This document shows, in pieces, positions 19,988 to 29,149 of a stretch of 64,000 nt of DNA. Numbering within the stretch: the first letter of the stretch is position 1; each line of letters starts with the position of its first letter. The DNA is from Candidatus Eiseniibacteriota bacterium (lineage in GTDB: Bacteria > Eisenbacteria > RBG-16-71-46 > CAIMUX01 > VGJL01), in the NCBI GenBank assembly GCA_963792585.1, contig CAWBWI010000006.1, positions 544,001-608,000 on the forward strand, written 5' to 3'. The position numbers were made by a program, and so were the translations under genes. Below the pieces are notes generated by a model, which saw only the letters and a list, made by a program, of their open reading frames with translations, was not told the DNA's origin and did not search any database.

Positions 19988-22264
19988 TCACCGAATCCAG
20001 ACCAGCCGTCGCGTCACGGCTCCCCCCGGTCCCGTCAAACGGCAGAGGTAGACGCCCGAGGCGACCTCTCGGCCGCGATCGTCCCGCCCGTCCCAGGAAA
20101 TCGCGCGGGCGGGGATCACGTCGTTCCATAGCCTGCGAACCCGCCGGCCGCTCAACTCAAAGATGTTGAGGGCGACCCGCGCGTCGAGGGGCCCGCGAAG
20201 GTCGAATGAAGCATACTGACGCGCGGGACTCGGCGTGATCTTGAGCGACAGGGGGCCCGGAATGGGGATGACCGTCGTATCCGGAGGCTCGGGTCGAACC
20301 TTCCAGTGCAAGAGCTGCGTGTCCGAGCCGCCGGAATGATCCGCGAGCGACGCATGGAAGATATAGAGCCCCGAATCGGGGGCCGTGCCCGAGAGAACGC
20401 CCGTGGCCGAGTCGAGCGCGAGCCCGGGAGGTGGCGCGCCTTGGGTCGACCAGACGTAAGGAGGTTGCCCTCCTCGCCCTCGCAGACTCATGTGGACCGA
20501 GTCTCCCTCCTGCGCCTCCGGCAGATCGGTCGTCGTGATGTTCAGTCCGTAGAGGCTCGATGTCGCCGTCTTCAGGATCCAGTTGTCCGGATCGACGGTC
20601 ACGCTCGTCGGAAGGTCCGGCAGATCGACCTCGAAGTCCTCGTGAGCCGGATCGTTGAAGACCCGGAGCGGCACGAAGCCGCCCCCTGCCATGTTGATCC
20701 GCAGATCCACCGGCATCGGAAAGTAGGGGAGATCCCGTTGCGTCTGTGCGAGGTGCACGGCGACGCGCGGAAGACCGGCTGCACCCACCGATAGGAACGA
20801 GACCGCGTAGGCGGGTCGCCCGTTGCCGTAGAGCCACGGCTCGAAGAAGAAGCTCAAGTCGCGGTGCGAGATCTCCTCCGCGATGGTCATGAACTCGGCC
20901 GTCGTCGTGGATCGGAACTCCGTGCGGTCGCGGTACTCGGCGAAGGTCGCCTGGTAGAGCGAGTCACCGAGGATCCCGCGCAACATGTGCAGGACCCACG
21001 CTCCCTTGTTGTAGACGACGCTCGCATCGAAGAGATTCCTCGGATCGTACACCCGCCCACTCGGTTCCCCGACGTACTGGACCTGCGTCATGTAGCTCTG
21101 GAGCCCTTCTTTGCCCTCCAGGTGCTCCGCCCACTGCGCCTCCGCATAGGAAGCGAAGCCCTCATTCAGCCAGATGTCCCGCCAGTCGGCCGGGCTGGTC
21201 ATGTCCCCCCACCACTGGTGTGCCAGCTCGTGGACGAGGATGTAGTCGTAGATGTGATCGCCGCGGACCAGACCGGCGCCGTAGCTCGTGTTGGTCTGAT
21301 GCTCCATGCCACCGCCCCAGGGGAACATCGTGTGCCCGTACTTCTCGCGCTTGAAGGGGTAGGGACCGTACAAACTCTCGAAGAGTGCGATCACCTGCGG
21401 AGTGATCTTGAAGCTCTCGCGCGCCGCGGCGAACTTCTCAGGGTAGACGAAGTGCTCGATCGGCAACGTGTCGCCTTGCGCGGAGATGTACCGGTCGTCG
21501 AGTCGGACGTAGTTCGTCGCGTTGACGCAGACGAGGTAGGTCGTGATCGGGTAGCGGTGCTTCCAGTGGAAGGCCCGCAGTTCATCTCTCCCGAGCGTGT
21601 TCGAGACGAGCACTCCGTTCGAGGTCGCCAAGAGCGACTCGGGCACGCGCACGATCACATCGACGCTGTCCGCCTTGTCGTCGGGCCGATCCTTGCAGGG
21701 CCACCATTCCCGGGCGCCGAAAGGCTCCGAGAGCGTCCAGATCGTGCTGGTGCTCTCGCGCATCCCGAATGTGAAGGCGACTTCCCCGGTCTCGACCGGA
21801 TGACCTTGATAGAAGATGCGGACCGATGCCTCGGCGCCGTCGGGGATGGGGGTGGGCGGGATGATCGCCAAGTCATACCAGTTCTGCTCGAACCCGGTCG
21901 GAGAGCCGTCGACGAAGACGGAGTCGACGGGCATGTTGTCATGGAGATCGAAGAGGAGCGTATCGAGCGCTCCGCCGTTCACGCGCACCCGTGCGGTCAG
22001 ATCGCCCCGGAGCCATTCGCTGGTGGGGTCGCGCAGCTCGAGATCGAGCCGATAGTGGATCACGTCGTAGCGATCCTGGAGGCGGCTGCGCGCGTCGGCG
22101 GGGACGCGGCGCGCCTGCGCGAACCGGAACTCCCGTTCGAGTTCGAGACCCAGCAGAGCGGATCGCTCGGCAGGGTCGGGCCTGATCATCCGCGACTGGG
22201 CCCAAGCGGCCGGGGCCGACCCGAGCAGGATCAGGACCAGGGGGAACAGGATGCGTGGACGCAT
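19988..22264 (-). CDS. Secreted M1-family aminopeptidase with Ig-like (He_PIG) and FlgD-like C-terminal domains
   Basis: Signal peptide, WWPCKD, GGMEH, HELAHQWWG...WLNEGFA, YNKGAWVLHMLR, PPGLALDSATGVLSG, WDGRDDRGREVASGVY. Confidence 0.92.
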   Translation of the reverse strand: MRPRILFPLVLILLGSAPAAWAQSRMIRPDPAERSALLGLELEREFRFAQARRVPADARSRLQDRYDVIHYRLDLELRDPTSEWLRGDLTARVRVNGGALDTLLFDLHDNMPVDSVFVDGSPTGFEQNWYDLAIIPPTPIPDGAEASVRIFYQGHPVETGEVAFTFGMRESTSTIWTLSEPFGAREWWPCKDRPDDKADSVDVIVRVPESLLATSNGVLVSNTLGRDELRAFHWKHRYPITTYLVCVNATNYVRLDDRYISAQGDTLPIEHFVYPEKFAAARESFKITPQVIALFESLYGPYPFKREKYGHTMFPWGGGMEHQTNTSYGAGLVRGDHIYDYILVHELAHQWWGDMTSPADWRDIWLNEGFASYAEAQWAEHLEGKEGLQSYMTQVQYVGEPSGRVYDPRNLFDASVVYNKGAWVLHMLRGILGDSLYQATFAEYRDRTEFRSTTTAEFMTIAEEISHRDLSFFFEPWLYGNGRPAYAVSFLSVGAAGLPRVAVHLAQTQRDLPYFPMPVDLRINMAGGGFVPLRVFNDPAHEDFEVDLPDLPTSVTVDPDNWILKTATSSLYGLNITTTDLPEAQEGDSVHMSLRGRGGQPPYVWSTQGAPPPGLALDSATGVLSGTAPDSGLYIFHASLADHSGGSDTQLLHWKVRPEPPDTTVIPIPGPLSLKITPSPARQYASFDLRGPLDARVALNIFELSGRRVRRLWNDVIPARAISWDGRDDRGREVASGVYLCRLTGPGGAVTRRLVWIR

Positions 22265-22415
22265 GATCACCTCCGCCGGCGCCCTGAGCATACCCGATCG
22301 GTCGTGAATCCGAGATTGCTGTTGGCGGCTCCGGCCGGGGCGGAATGGAGATCGGGCGCATGGGCCGCTGCGACGTTTTCCCGGGGCGCCCGCGCGCGGC
22401 CGCCCCTGCCCCGAA

Positions 22416-24701
22416 TCAGGGGGTCCGGCCGCTGCAGTAGGCCGAGAGGGCCGCGATCGCCCGGTCGATCTTGCGGAAGGTCGGGATCCCCGCCGTCTCG
22501 AGCATGGCGACGAACGGATCGTAGAGCGGACCGGAATCGACCGCCGCCACGATCGGTTTCCTCGATGCCCGGAAGATCCGGATCATGCCCGTCGGCAGCG
22601 ACCGATCCGCACGGATGTCTTCGCGGTGGGTCGAAGGATCGGGCGGCAGGACGTCCAGCGCAGGCGTCACCGGCACGGGCGAGATCACCATCGCATCGAC
22701 CGCGGGCTCGTCGAGGATCGCCTCGATCGCGGCCAGGAACTGCTCGGTCGTCGCCATCGGGGTCGCGTCGACCGGGTTGTCGTGGTGGGCGATCGACGGC
22801 AGGCAGTCGCCCAACCGGGTCTTCGTCACCTCCGAGAAGGGCGCGGGGGTGAGCGCCTGGAGCGCGTCCATCGCGCAGGAACACTCGAAGCCCGCGTTGG
22901 AGATGACGCCGACGCGGAGTCCCGCCGGCGCACGATCGTGAAGCATCGAGAAGGTCTTGATCAGATCCGCGAACTGGTCCAGGGACTCCGTGACGAGCGC
23001 CCCCGCGTGGACCATCAACTCACGCGCCACCGCGTAGTCACCCGCCAGCGATGCGGTGTGGCTCGCCGCCGCCCGCGCCCCGAAGGGCGTCTTCCCCGCC
23101 TTGAAGACGATCACCGAGCGCCCGCGCCGGCGATGTTCGGCGATCGCGCGCACGAAGCGCAGGCCGTCGAGGGGCTGGAAGCCCTCGAGGTAGCAGGCGA
23201 TCACCCGGACCTGTTGGTCGTCGAGGTAGTGATCGAGGAAGTCGGAGACGGTGAGGTCCATCTGGTTTCCGTACGAGATGGACGATTTCGGGAAGATCAC
23301 GCCGTCGAGATTGCTTCCGAGGGTCACGAGGTACGCGCCGCTCTGACTGATCGCGGCCAGGTTGTCCCCCGGCGCGTCGCGAAACGGCAGCTTGTACTTC
23401 GGCAGGAAGAAGGTGTTGTACTGCCGCTTCGAAACGATCCCGAGGCAGTTGCCTCCGACGAGAACGGGGCCTCCGTCGGGCAAGCTCCGTCCCGCCTCCA
23501 TGATCTCGATGATCTGGTCCGCGAGGCCTCGCTCGCCGGTCTCCGCGAAACCGCCGGGGATCAGGATGATCGAGTGAGCCTTCTCCTGTTCGACGAGTTC
23601 GCGGATCGCGTCGCGCGCCCCCTCCGCCGGCACGGAGACGATCGCCAGATCCACACGCTCGGGCAACGCGCCCACGCTCGGGAAACACGGGATCCCGTCG
23701 ATGGCCGTCTCCTTGGGGTGGATCGCATAGATCCGATCGCGATCGACCCCCTCGGCGCCGAGCAGGTTCTGCAGGATGATTCGACCCGGATTCATAGCCT
23801 TGCCCGAGGCGCCGATCACGGCGGCCGAGCGGGGCGCGAGGAGGTTCTTCACCTTCTCGATGCGGCGGCGGCGCGGCCGCGTCACACCGCGGTGGAAGCT
23901 CCCGATCCCGTCGAGGGCGATCGGGTCACGGCCGGGAACGGCCGCCATCGGGTTCACTTCGATCTCGTCGAGCACGAACGGGGTCGCGCCCCCCTCGATG
24001 CCGAACGTCACGGCCAGCTCCGCCATCGCGCGGAAGGTGCGCCAGAACCGGGCCGGATCGACGGGCGCGTTCTCGTGCAGCCGTGAGGGGCGGAACAGCA
24101 TGGCGAACGCGGGCCCGAGGGCCGCCAGATCGGGGGGCGTTTCCTGAGCGAGGTGGGGATCATGGGCGGAGACGATCCATGTCGTCCGTCCCGGCGCGAG
24201 CTTGCCATACCACTCCGTGAGGAGGCCGCCGATCCCCGCGACCACGACGGGCCCGAACGCGGCGTCCTGGCGCAGGGACAGAAGCAGCTCGCCGCCCGGC
24301 AGGTTCGCCGTGTACGGGACCTTCTCGCAGACGAGAATCCCATCGATCTTGGCCGAAGGGACGTTTGCGCGAACGCGCTCGAGGACCTGCCGCGCCGCAT
24401 GGGCGATGGATTCGGGATCCCCGGTCGTGAAGGCGATCCCCCCCGCCTCGGTCTTGTGGAGAATGTCCGGAGACTGGATCTTCACGACCACGCCGGAGAC
24501 GGGACCTCCGTCGCCGAGCGAACTCGCAGCCTGGCGCCAGGCGGCCGGATCCCCATCCGGCGGCAGGACGATGAACCGGGGGGTCGGGATGCCGGCCTCC
24601 CGCAGGACTTCGTAGACCTCCCCTTCGAGAAGCTGCCAACGCCCCGCGGTCTCTGCGCGCTCCAGAATCTGCTCGATCCGCCTGCGACTCCCCGCATCCA
24701 T
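22416..24701 (-). CDS. ADP-forming acyl-CoA synthetase (acetate--CoA ligase family), ATP-grasp domain first
   Basis: VVKIQSPDILHKTEAGGI, FGPVV, EIEVNPM, then CoA-binding AVIGAS, GGNCLG, SQSGA and phospho-His motif ASHTASLAG. Confidence 0.88.
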   Translation of the reverse strand: MDAGSRRRIEQILERAETAGRWQLLEGEVYEVLREAGIPTPRFIVLPPDGDPAAWRQAASSLGDGGPVSGVVVKIQSPDILHKTEAGGIAFTTGDPESIAHAARQVLERVRANVPSAKIDGILVCEKVPYTANLPGGELLLSLRQDAAFGPVVVAGIGGLLTEWYGKLAPGRTTWIVSAHDPHLAQETPPDLAALGPAFAMLFRPSRLHENAPVDPARFWRTFRAMAELAVTFGIEGGATPFVLDEIEVNPMAAVPGRDPIALDGIGSFHRGVTRPRRRRIEKVKNLLAPRSAAVIGASGKAMNPGRIILQNLLGAEGVDRDRIYAIHPKETAIDGIPCFPSVGALPERVDLAIVSVPAEGARDAIRELVEQEKAHSIILIPGGFAETGERGLADQIIEIMEAGRSLPDGGPVLVGGNCLGIVSKRQYNTFFLPKYKLPFRDAPGDNLAAISQSGAYLVTLGSNLDGVIFPKSSISYGNQMDLTVSDFLDHYLDDQQVRVIACYLEGFQPLDGLRFVRAIAEHRRRGRSVIVFKAGKTPFGARAAASHTASLAGDYAVARELMVHAGALVTESLDQFADLIKTFSMLHDRAPAGLRVGVISNAGFECSCAMDALQALTPAPFSEVTKTRLGDCLPSIAHHDNPVDATPMATTEQFLAAIEAILDEPAVDAMVISPVPVTPALDVLPPDPSTHREDIRADRSLPTGMIRIFRASRKPIVAAVDSGPLYDPFVAMLETAGIPTFRKIDRAIAALSAYCSGRTP

Positions 24702-25051
24702 CCCGCACCCCTTCCCCACGAGCCACCGTCCCTCGTTCACGACCGCAGCCAAGATACCAAACCGTCCCGGCGCCCGCCAACACCTCCTCCAACTCCGGAA
24801 GCGGGACGCGGACTCCGCTTTCGCCGGAATGCGTGCGCGCCGGCGAAGGCTCGGTCCGCGATCCCGCGATCCCTTCGGTCCTCCGCGTTCGAATTCGAGA
24901 CCATGAGGATCGGATGATGGAACCGGGACCGCCCCAGGCGGGTCTTGCGTGGAGGGACGTGCTGGGTCCATCCTCGCCCGCAGGCACCCCCCTGGCGCGA
25001 ACGGAGGTCAACTCGATGAAGTCCCCACGGGATTCTCACTTCCGAGGAAGC

Positions 25052-26152
25052 ATGGTCCGAGCGATCGCCATCACGGGGTTGGCGCTCTCGGCCGCCCTCG
25101 TCTTGAAGGCGGAACTCGTTCGCGCACGTGGCGAGACCTTCATCGACATCCTCTGGATCCATCGGCTGTCGCCCGTCCGGGCCGCGTTCAACCGAGACGA
25201 GGCGAGCCCGGTCCAGGTCGCGTTCCGAGCCGACGGCGCGATCAACCCGATTCCGATCCAGTGGTCGATCACCCAGGGGACGACGACCGTCGCCGGCCGG
25301 GACACCCTGATCGATCCTCCCCAGCGCGGGCTCGAACGAGGATTCACGGTGACCCTGCCTCCTCTGGCGCCGGGAATGTATGTCCTCCTCCTCACCGCGG
25401 ACCCCGCCAACGCCATCGACGAGAAGGACGAACAGAACAACCAGGTAGCCTTCTCGTTCCGGATCCCGAACGGTCGTCCCGTGCGCTTCCTCTGCGAGGG
25501 TCCCGAGGGCAGTTCGTGGGAGACTCGCCGCATCGAGCTGAATCGCGGGAACGGGGAGCCATTTCCGGATGCCTACGGCACGAAACCCGACACCACCCGC
25601 ACGACCGAGAAGGAAATCGTCGTCAATGGAGTCGAACCGGGTCCCTACTCGGGCGTCCTCTTCGGCCCCCCGGTCAACCGTATGCCGATCCTGGTCTCCT
25701 ACGGGACCTTCGAGATGCCGGATCCGCCCACGGAGATGACGGTGGTCTGGCCGCGCACCACGCCCTATCTGGTCGGCCGTCCGAAGGTGACCGGGCAGGG
25801 GACGAGTGCTCTCGGCAACGACGTAGCCGCGCCGCAGTGGAAGGCCGACAGCCGCGTCGTTCTGGACGGAACGATCCGCAACCCGACCGTTCATTCCGAG
25901 GACGTCCAGTGGATGCTCCGCTTCACGGATCAGGAAGGGGGCGCCTCAACGGTCCGCGACACGCTTCTGTCGCTCGGTGCGCTCGCGACCGAGAGACTGA
26001 TGGTGACGGGACGACTTCCGCGGGATCCGGGGATGTACCTGATCCAGGCCGAGGTGCGCGTTCCTTGGCCGTCGAGCTTCGAGGATCTGGGAGAAGAAGA
26101 CAGGGTGAACTCCCACGTCCTGCCTCTCGGCTGGATCGAAGTCCTCCCCTAG
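25052..26152 (+). CDS. Secreted hypothetical protein with a CARDB-like domain
   Basis: Signal peptide MVRAIAITGLALSAALVL; PGMYVLLLTADPANAIDEKDEQNN is a CARDB signature. Confidence 0.6.
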   Translation: MVRAIAITGLALSAALVLKAELVRARGETFIDILWIHRLSPVRAAFNRDEASPVQVAFRADGAINPIPIQWSITQGTTTVAGRDTLIDPPQRGLERGFTVTLPPLAPGMYVLLLTADPANAIDEKDEQNNQVAFSFRIPNGRPVRFLCEGPEGSSWETRRIELNRGNGEPFPDAYGTKPDTTRTTEKEIVVNGVEPGPYSGVLFGPPVNRMPILVSYGTFEMPDPPTEMTVVWPRTTPYLVGRPKVTGQGTSALGNDVAAPQWKADSRVVLDGTIRNPTVHSEDVQWMLRFTDQEGGASTVRDTLLSLGALATERLMVTGRLPRDPGMYLIQAEVRVPWPSSFEDLGEEDRVNSHVLPLGWIEVLP

Positions 26153-26176
26153 CGATCGATCGAGGAATCCGGAACT

Positions 26177-26198
26177 CGCAGCGGGAACCCCGCTAGCG
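26177..26198 (-). promoter_or_regulatory. Candidate bacterial SECIS downstream of the FmdB-gene UGA
   Basis: CGC-U(bulge)-AGCGGG-GUU-CCCGCU-GCG. The loop G and U fall at positions 23-24 counting UGA as 1-3. Confidence 0.55.
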
Positions 26199-26411
26199 GC
26201 TGGGCGCTCAGCCGAAGGAGTTGCCGCAGGCGGGCGCTGACGACCCGCAAGGGTTCGATCCCCTCACGCTGGTGGAGACTCGGGACAGCTCGCGTCGAGC
26301 GCCGTCGTTTCCGCAACTCGGGCAAGGGGTCGGGTTGTCCCGGTCGGCCAGCGGGCGGAACATGTCGAACATCGCCAGGCATTCGGGACACCGGTATTCG
26401 TAGAGCGGCAT
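26193..26411 (-). CDS. FmdB-family zinc-ribbon protein, probably with C-terminal selenocysteine (...CGNSFG-U-APSR)
   Basis: MPLYEYRCPEC...CPSCG. TGA at 26208-26210 is followed by 4 codons, a TAG and a SECIS-like hairpin. The family call is secure; the Sec call is inferred. Confidence 0.85.
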
Positions 26412-26422
26412 CGACTCCCCCC

Positions 26423-26755
26423 CTATCCCTTCGTTCCCAATTCATCCCAGGCCCATTGAGGTAACTTCGGCTTCCGCGAGATCGGATCGCAGAGGATTCC
26501 CAGGATTCCGGGAACCCGGCGATCCGAAACGCTGAAGATCACCTCCACCCCTTCCTTGCGCTCCTCGAGAACGCCCCCGGTGCGCAGAACGCGCAGATGC
26601 TGGGCAAGCGTGGAAACCGGCACGTCCAGATCGCGCGCAATCCGCGATAACGTCGCCGGCTCACCCAGGAGTCCACAGACGATCTTCAGGCGCAGCGGAT
26701 GACCGAGGATCTTCAGCAGTTGGGCCGACTCCTGGAAGCTCTTCACCGCGGTCAT
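26423..26755 (-). CDS. ArsR/SmtB-family regulator, BigR/SqrR-like
   Basis: LKILGHPLRLKIVC, STLAQHLRVLR, C-terminal ILGILC, own AAGGGAG SD. Confidence 0.9.
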   Translation of the reverse strand: MTAVKSFQESAQLLKILGHPLRLKIVCGLLGEPATLSRIARDLDVPVSTLAQHLRVLRTGGVLEERKEGVEVIFSVSDRRVPGILGILCDPISRKPKLPQWAWDELGTKG

Positions 26756-26813
26756 CGACCATCTCCCTTGGTTGGAGTGTCTGCATGGACCATCACCGGG
26801 CTTCGTGCTGCAT

Positions 26814-26832
26814 GCCGGTCCGCCGGACCGGC
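26814..26832 (-). promoter_or_regulatory. Candidate SECIS hairpin after the micropeptide UGA
   Basis: GCCG-GUC-CGGC (26832-26822) or the alternative 8-bp fold GCCGGUCC-GGC-GGACCGGC; the stem starts 16 nt after the UGA. Confidence 0.4.
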
Positions 26833-26848
26833 CCGTGAGCGGGGAGCC

Positions 26849-26926
26849 TCAGGTGGGAACTCCCAGCTTGGGAAGGATGACCCAGTTGAGGAGCAGATAG
26901 CCCACGATGATCAAGCCGATCCACAT
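26849..26926 (-). CDS. 25-aa single-TM micropeptide MWIGLIIVGYLLLNWVILPKLGVPT; its UGA may be Sec
   Basis: Below the ORF-track cutoff. AAGGAGG SD at 26936-26942, hydrophobic helix, first gene after a promoter. Confidence 0.7.
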   Translation of the reverse strand: MWIGLIIVGYLLLNWVILPKLGVPT

Positions 26927-26960
26927 TGCGTCGTGCCTCCTTGGCGTCCGGGTTGCGTTC

Positions 26961-26998
26961 ATTTACTAGAAAATACGTAAATTGGGTGACGGCGTCAA
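26961..26998 (-). promoter_or_regulatory. Sigma70 promoter with overlapping ArsR-type operator
   Basis: TTGACG-N17-TATTTT on the minus strand; AT-rich inverted repeat ATTTAC-N10-GTAAAT (26961-26982) covers the -10 box. Confidence 0.6.
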
Positions 26999-27035
26999 GA
27001 GGGTCGGCACGACCTCCGCCGAATCCGCCGCGGGA

Positions 27036-28127
27036 CTATCTTCTAACCTCCATCATGACAGCGCGATAGCGGTCCGCAGTCGTCTTCCAGGAAAACCCGG
27101 CCGCACGGGCGACCCCCAACGCCCCCCTCCGGGCGCGGGCCTGCGGATCGGCGAAAAGACCCTCGATCGCGGACGCAAGCGTCTCGGGATCGTCCGGCGG
27201 GACGAGGAGACCGACATCGCGGAGAACCTCGGGCGCGGCTGCCGCGTCGGCCGCGACGACGGGCAGACCGGCCGCCATCGCCTCGAGGAACACGAAGCCG
27301 AAGGTCTCGTGGCGCGAGGGCAGGCAGAACAGATCCGCCTCCCGGAAATGGCGCGCGATGGCCGCGCGATCCGCGACATCCCCGAAGAAGGCGACGGCAT
27401 CACCCAGGTCGAGTTCCCGTGCGAGGGAACGGAGGCGCGGGGCATCGACCCCTCCTCCGACGATCCGCGCCTGCAGACCTCGCACGCTGGACCGCACCCT
27501 CGCGACGGCTCGCAAGAGTGTGTCGATTCCTTTGCGCGGATAAAGCTTCGCAACCGCGAGGATGGTCGGTCGATGGTCGGTCCTGGGCGGCGCCGCCAAC
27601 AACAGGGCGTTCCATGCGTCGAGATCGAATCCGTGCGGGATCGCGAGGACCTTTTGGGGATTCACGTGATAGTGACGCACGATGGCCGCGGCCGCGAATG
27701 CGCTGGGTGCGATGACGACCGTCGCCGCTTGCACATTGCGCCCCTCCGCGACAGCTTGGGAAAGCAGCGCGGAACGCGAGGGTTCGGGTTCCGTCTCCGC
27801 CAGCTCGGCGAAGATCCCCTGGGGACAGACGATGCGCGGTGCGCCGCCCTCCGGCAGGGCGAAGCCGTCATAGTCGATCGCAAGGAGGACATCGAGGCCG
27901 CGCAGACGCGGATCGCCGACCAACGAGGCATTCCATTCGAAGCGGCGACGGACGAAGTCGGGGTCATCCGGATCGAGATCGATGGCGATCGGCGCGAGAT
28001 CGACGCCGGCCCGCGAGAGAGCGCCGGTCCACTCGATGAGGAACCGTGCCGTACCACTCCCGCGCGCGATGTCGCGGGGCCACGAACTGATGAGCCCCGC
28101 CGAGAGCCCTCCGGCGCCATGATTCAT
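27036..28127 (-). CDS. Glycosyltransferase family 4
   Basis: IPHGFD, KLYPRKGIDTLL, PSRHETFGFVFLEAMAAGLPVV. Confidence 0.92.
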   Translation of the reverse strand: MNHGAGGLSAGLISSWPRDIARGSGTARFLIEWTGALSRAGVDLAPIAIDLDPDDPDFVRRRFEWNASLVGDPRLRGLDVLLAIDYDGFALPEGGAPRIVCPQGIFAELAETEPEPSRSALLSQAVAEGRNVQAATVVIAPSAFAAAAIVRHYHVNPQKVLAIPHGFDLDAWNALLLAAPPRTDHRPTILAVAKLYPRKGIDTLLRAVARVRSSVRGLQARIVGGGVDAPRLRSLARELDLGDAVAFFGDVADRAAIARHFREADLFCLPSRHETFGFVFLEAMAAGLPVVAADAAAAPEVLRDVGLLVPPDDPETLASAIEGLFADPQARARRGALGVARAAGFSWKTTADRYRAVMMEVRR

Positions 28128-28264
28128 ATCCCGTGAACCTCCGAATCCACCGTTCCGAGCGTATCACGCCCCCCTGAACGCCGACCGTATGGGTTGACAC
28201 TTCACCAGGGGACGCCGAGAATCCGGACGAATCAGCGCCCGGACTCGGGGCAGGAGGATGAGAC

Positions 28265-28705
28265 GTGGACGCCAAGCGGGAGCGCTTCATGACGATCCCG
28301 GTCGTCGTGGGGATCTGTCTGGCAGCCGTGGCCGGATCGGGAACGGTCTTGTATCAAACACGCTTCGCCAATCCCTCCGTCCAGGAATACTTCTCCCTGA
28401 TCAACATCGGTCAACTCCTGGTCATCAGCCACGTCCACTTCTTTGGTTACGCGGCGATGGGAGTCCTGATGTACACGCTCGGGCGGCGTCAGGGGGCGGC
28501 ATCGGATCCCCGTTTTGGAACCGTGCTGGGACTGGCGATCGCCGCGGGCATCTCCGACATCCTCTCGTGGTGGGGAGTGATCTACGTGACTCCCCTCTTC
28601 CGGTTCGTCACGTACATCGCGGGAGCCGCTTTCGTCGGCGGGATTCTGCTTTCCGGATTGATGGTCCTTCTGGCCTGCCGCAAGGCGGCAGTCGCATCGA
28701 GGTGA
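28265..28705 (+). CDS. Small four-TM membrane protein with an SHxHFFG motif
   Basis: Hydrophobic helices, LLVISHVHFFG, DILSWW; GGAGG SD; first gene of the cytochrome cluster. Confidence 0.7.
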   Translation: MDAKRERFMTIPVVVGICLAAVAGSGTVLYQTRFANPSVQEYFSLINIGQLLVISHVHFFGYAAMGVLMYTLGRRQGAASDPRFGTVLGLAIAAGISDILSWWGVIYVTPLFRFVTYIAGAAFVGGILLSGLMVLLACRKAAVASR

Positions 28706-28712
28706 AAAGGGA

Positions 28713-29117
28713 ATGAGAAGACGGATTCGGTGGGCGCCGGCCTTCGCGCTCGCCCTGATGGTCGTGTGCGTGCCGGCCTACGGGCAGGGCGGTTACAACA
28801 AGGCCGCCTTCGAGACGGTCATGGAAGACGCCACGAAGCAGATGCGGGTGCTTCTGGGGACGCTCATCGGGGAAGACTGGGCAAAGGCGCAGGCCGGTTC
28901 GGCCGCGATCGCAGAACAGGCGAAGAAGATCCACGCGTTGACCCCGAAGGTCGGCGCAGACAAGATCGCGGACTTCCAGGCGCATGCCGACTCGCTCGAA
29001 GCGCGCGCGAACCGGCTCACGGCGGCCGCGAAGGCCCGCGACGCGGCCAGAGCCTCCGCCCTCTACGGCGCAACCGTCGGTACCTGCATGGACTGCCACA
29101 GGATCTTCCGCAAGTAG
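28713..29117 (+). CDS. Periplasmic class II (c'-like, four-helix) monoheme cytochrome c
   Basis: Signal peptide, helical A/K-rich body, C-terminal CMDCHRIFRK. Confidence 0.85.
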   Translation: MRRRIRWAPAFALALMVVCVPAYGQGGYNKAAFETVMEDATKQMRVLLGTLIGEDWAKAQAGSAAIAEQAKKIHALTPKVGADKIADFQAHADSLEARANRLTAAAKARDAARASALYGATVGTCMDCHRIFRK

Positions 29118-29149
29118 CGCCGCGAGCGCTTTTCAGGGGGGCACGGAAC

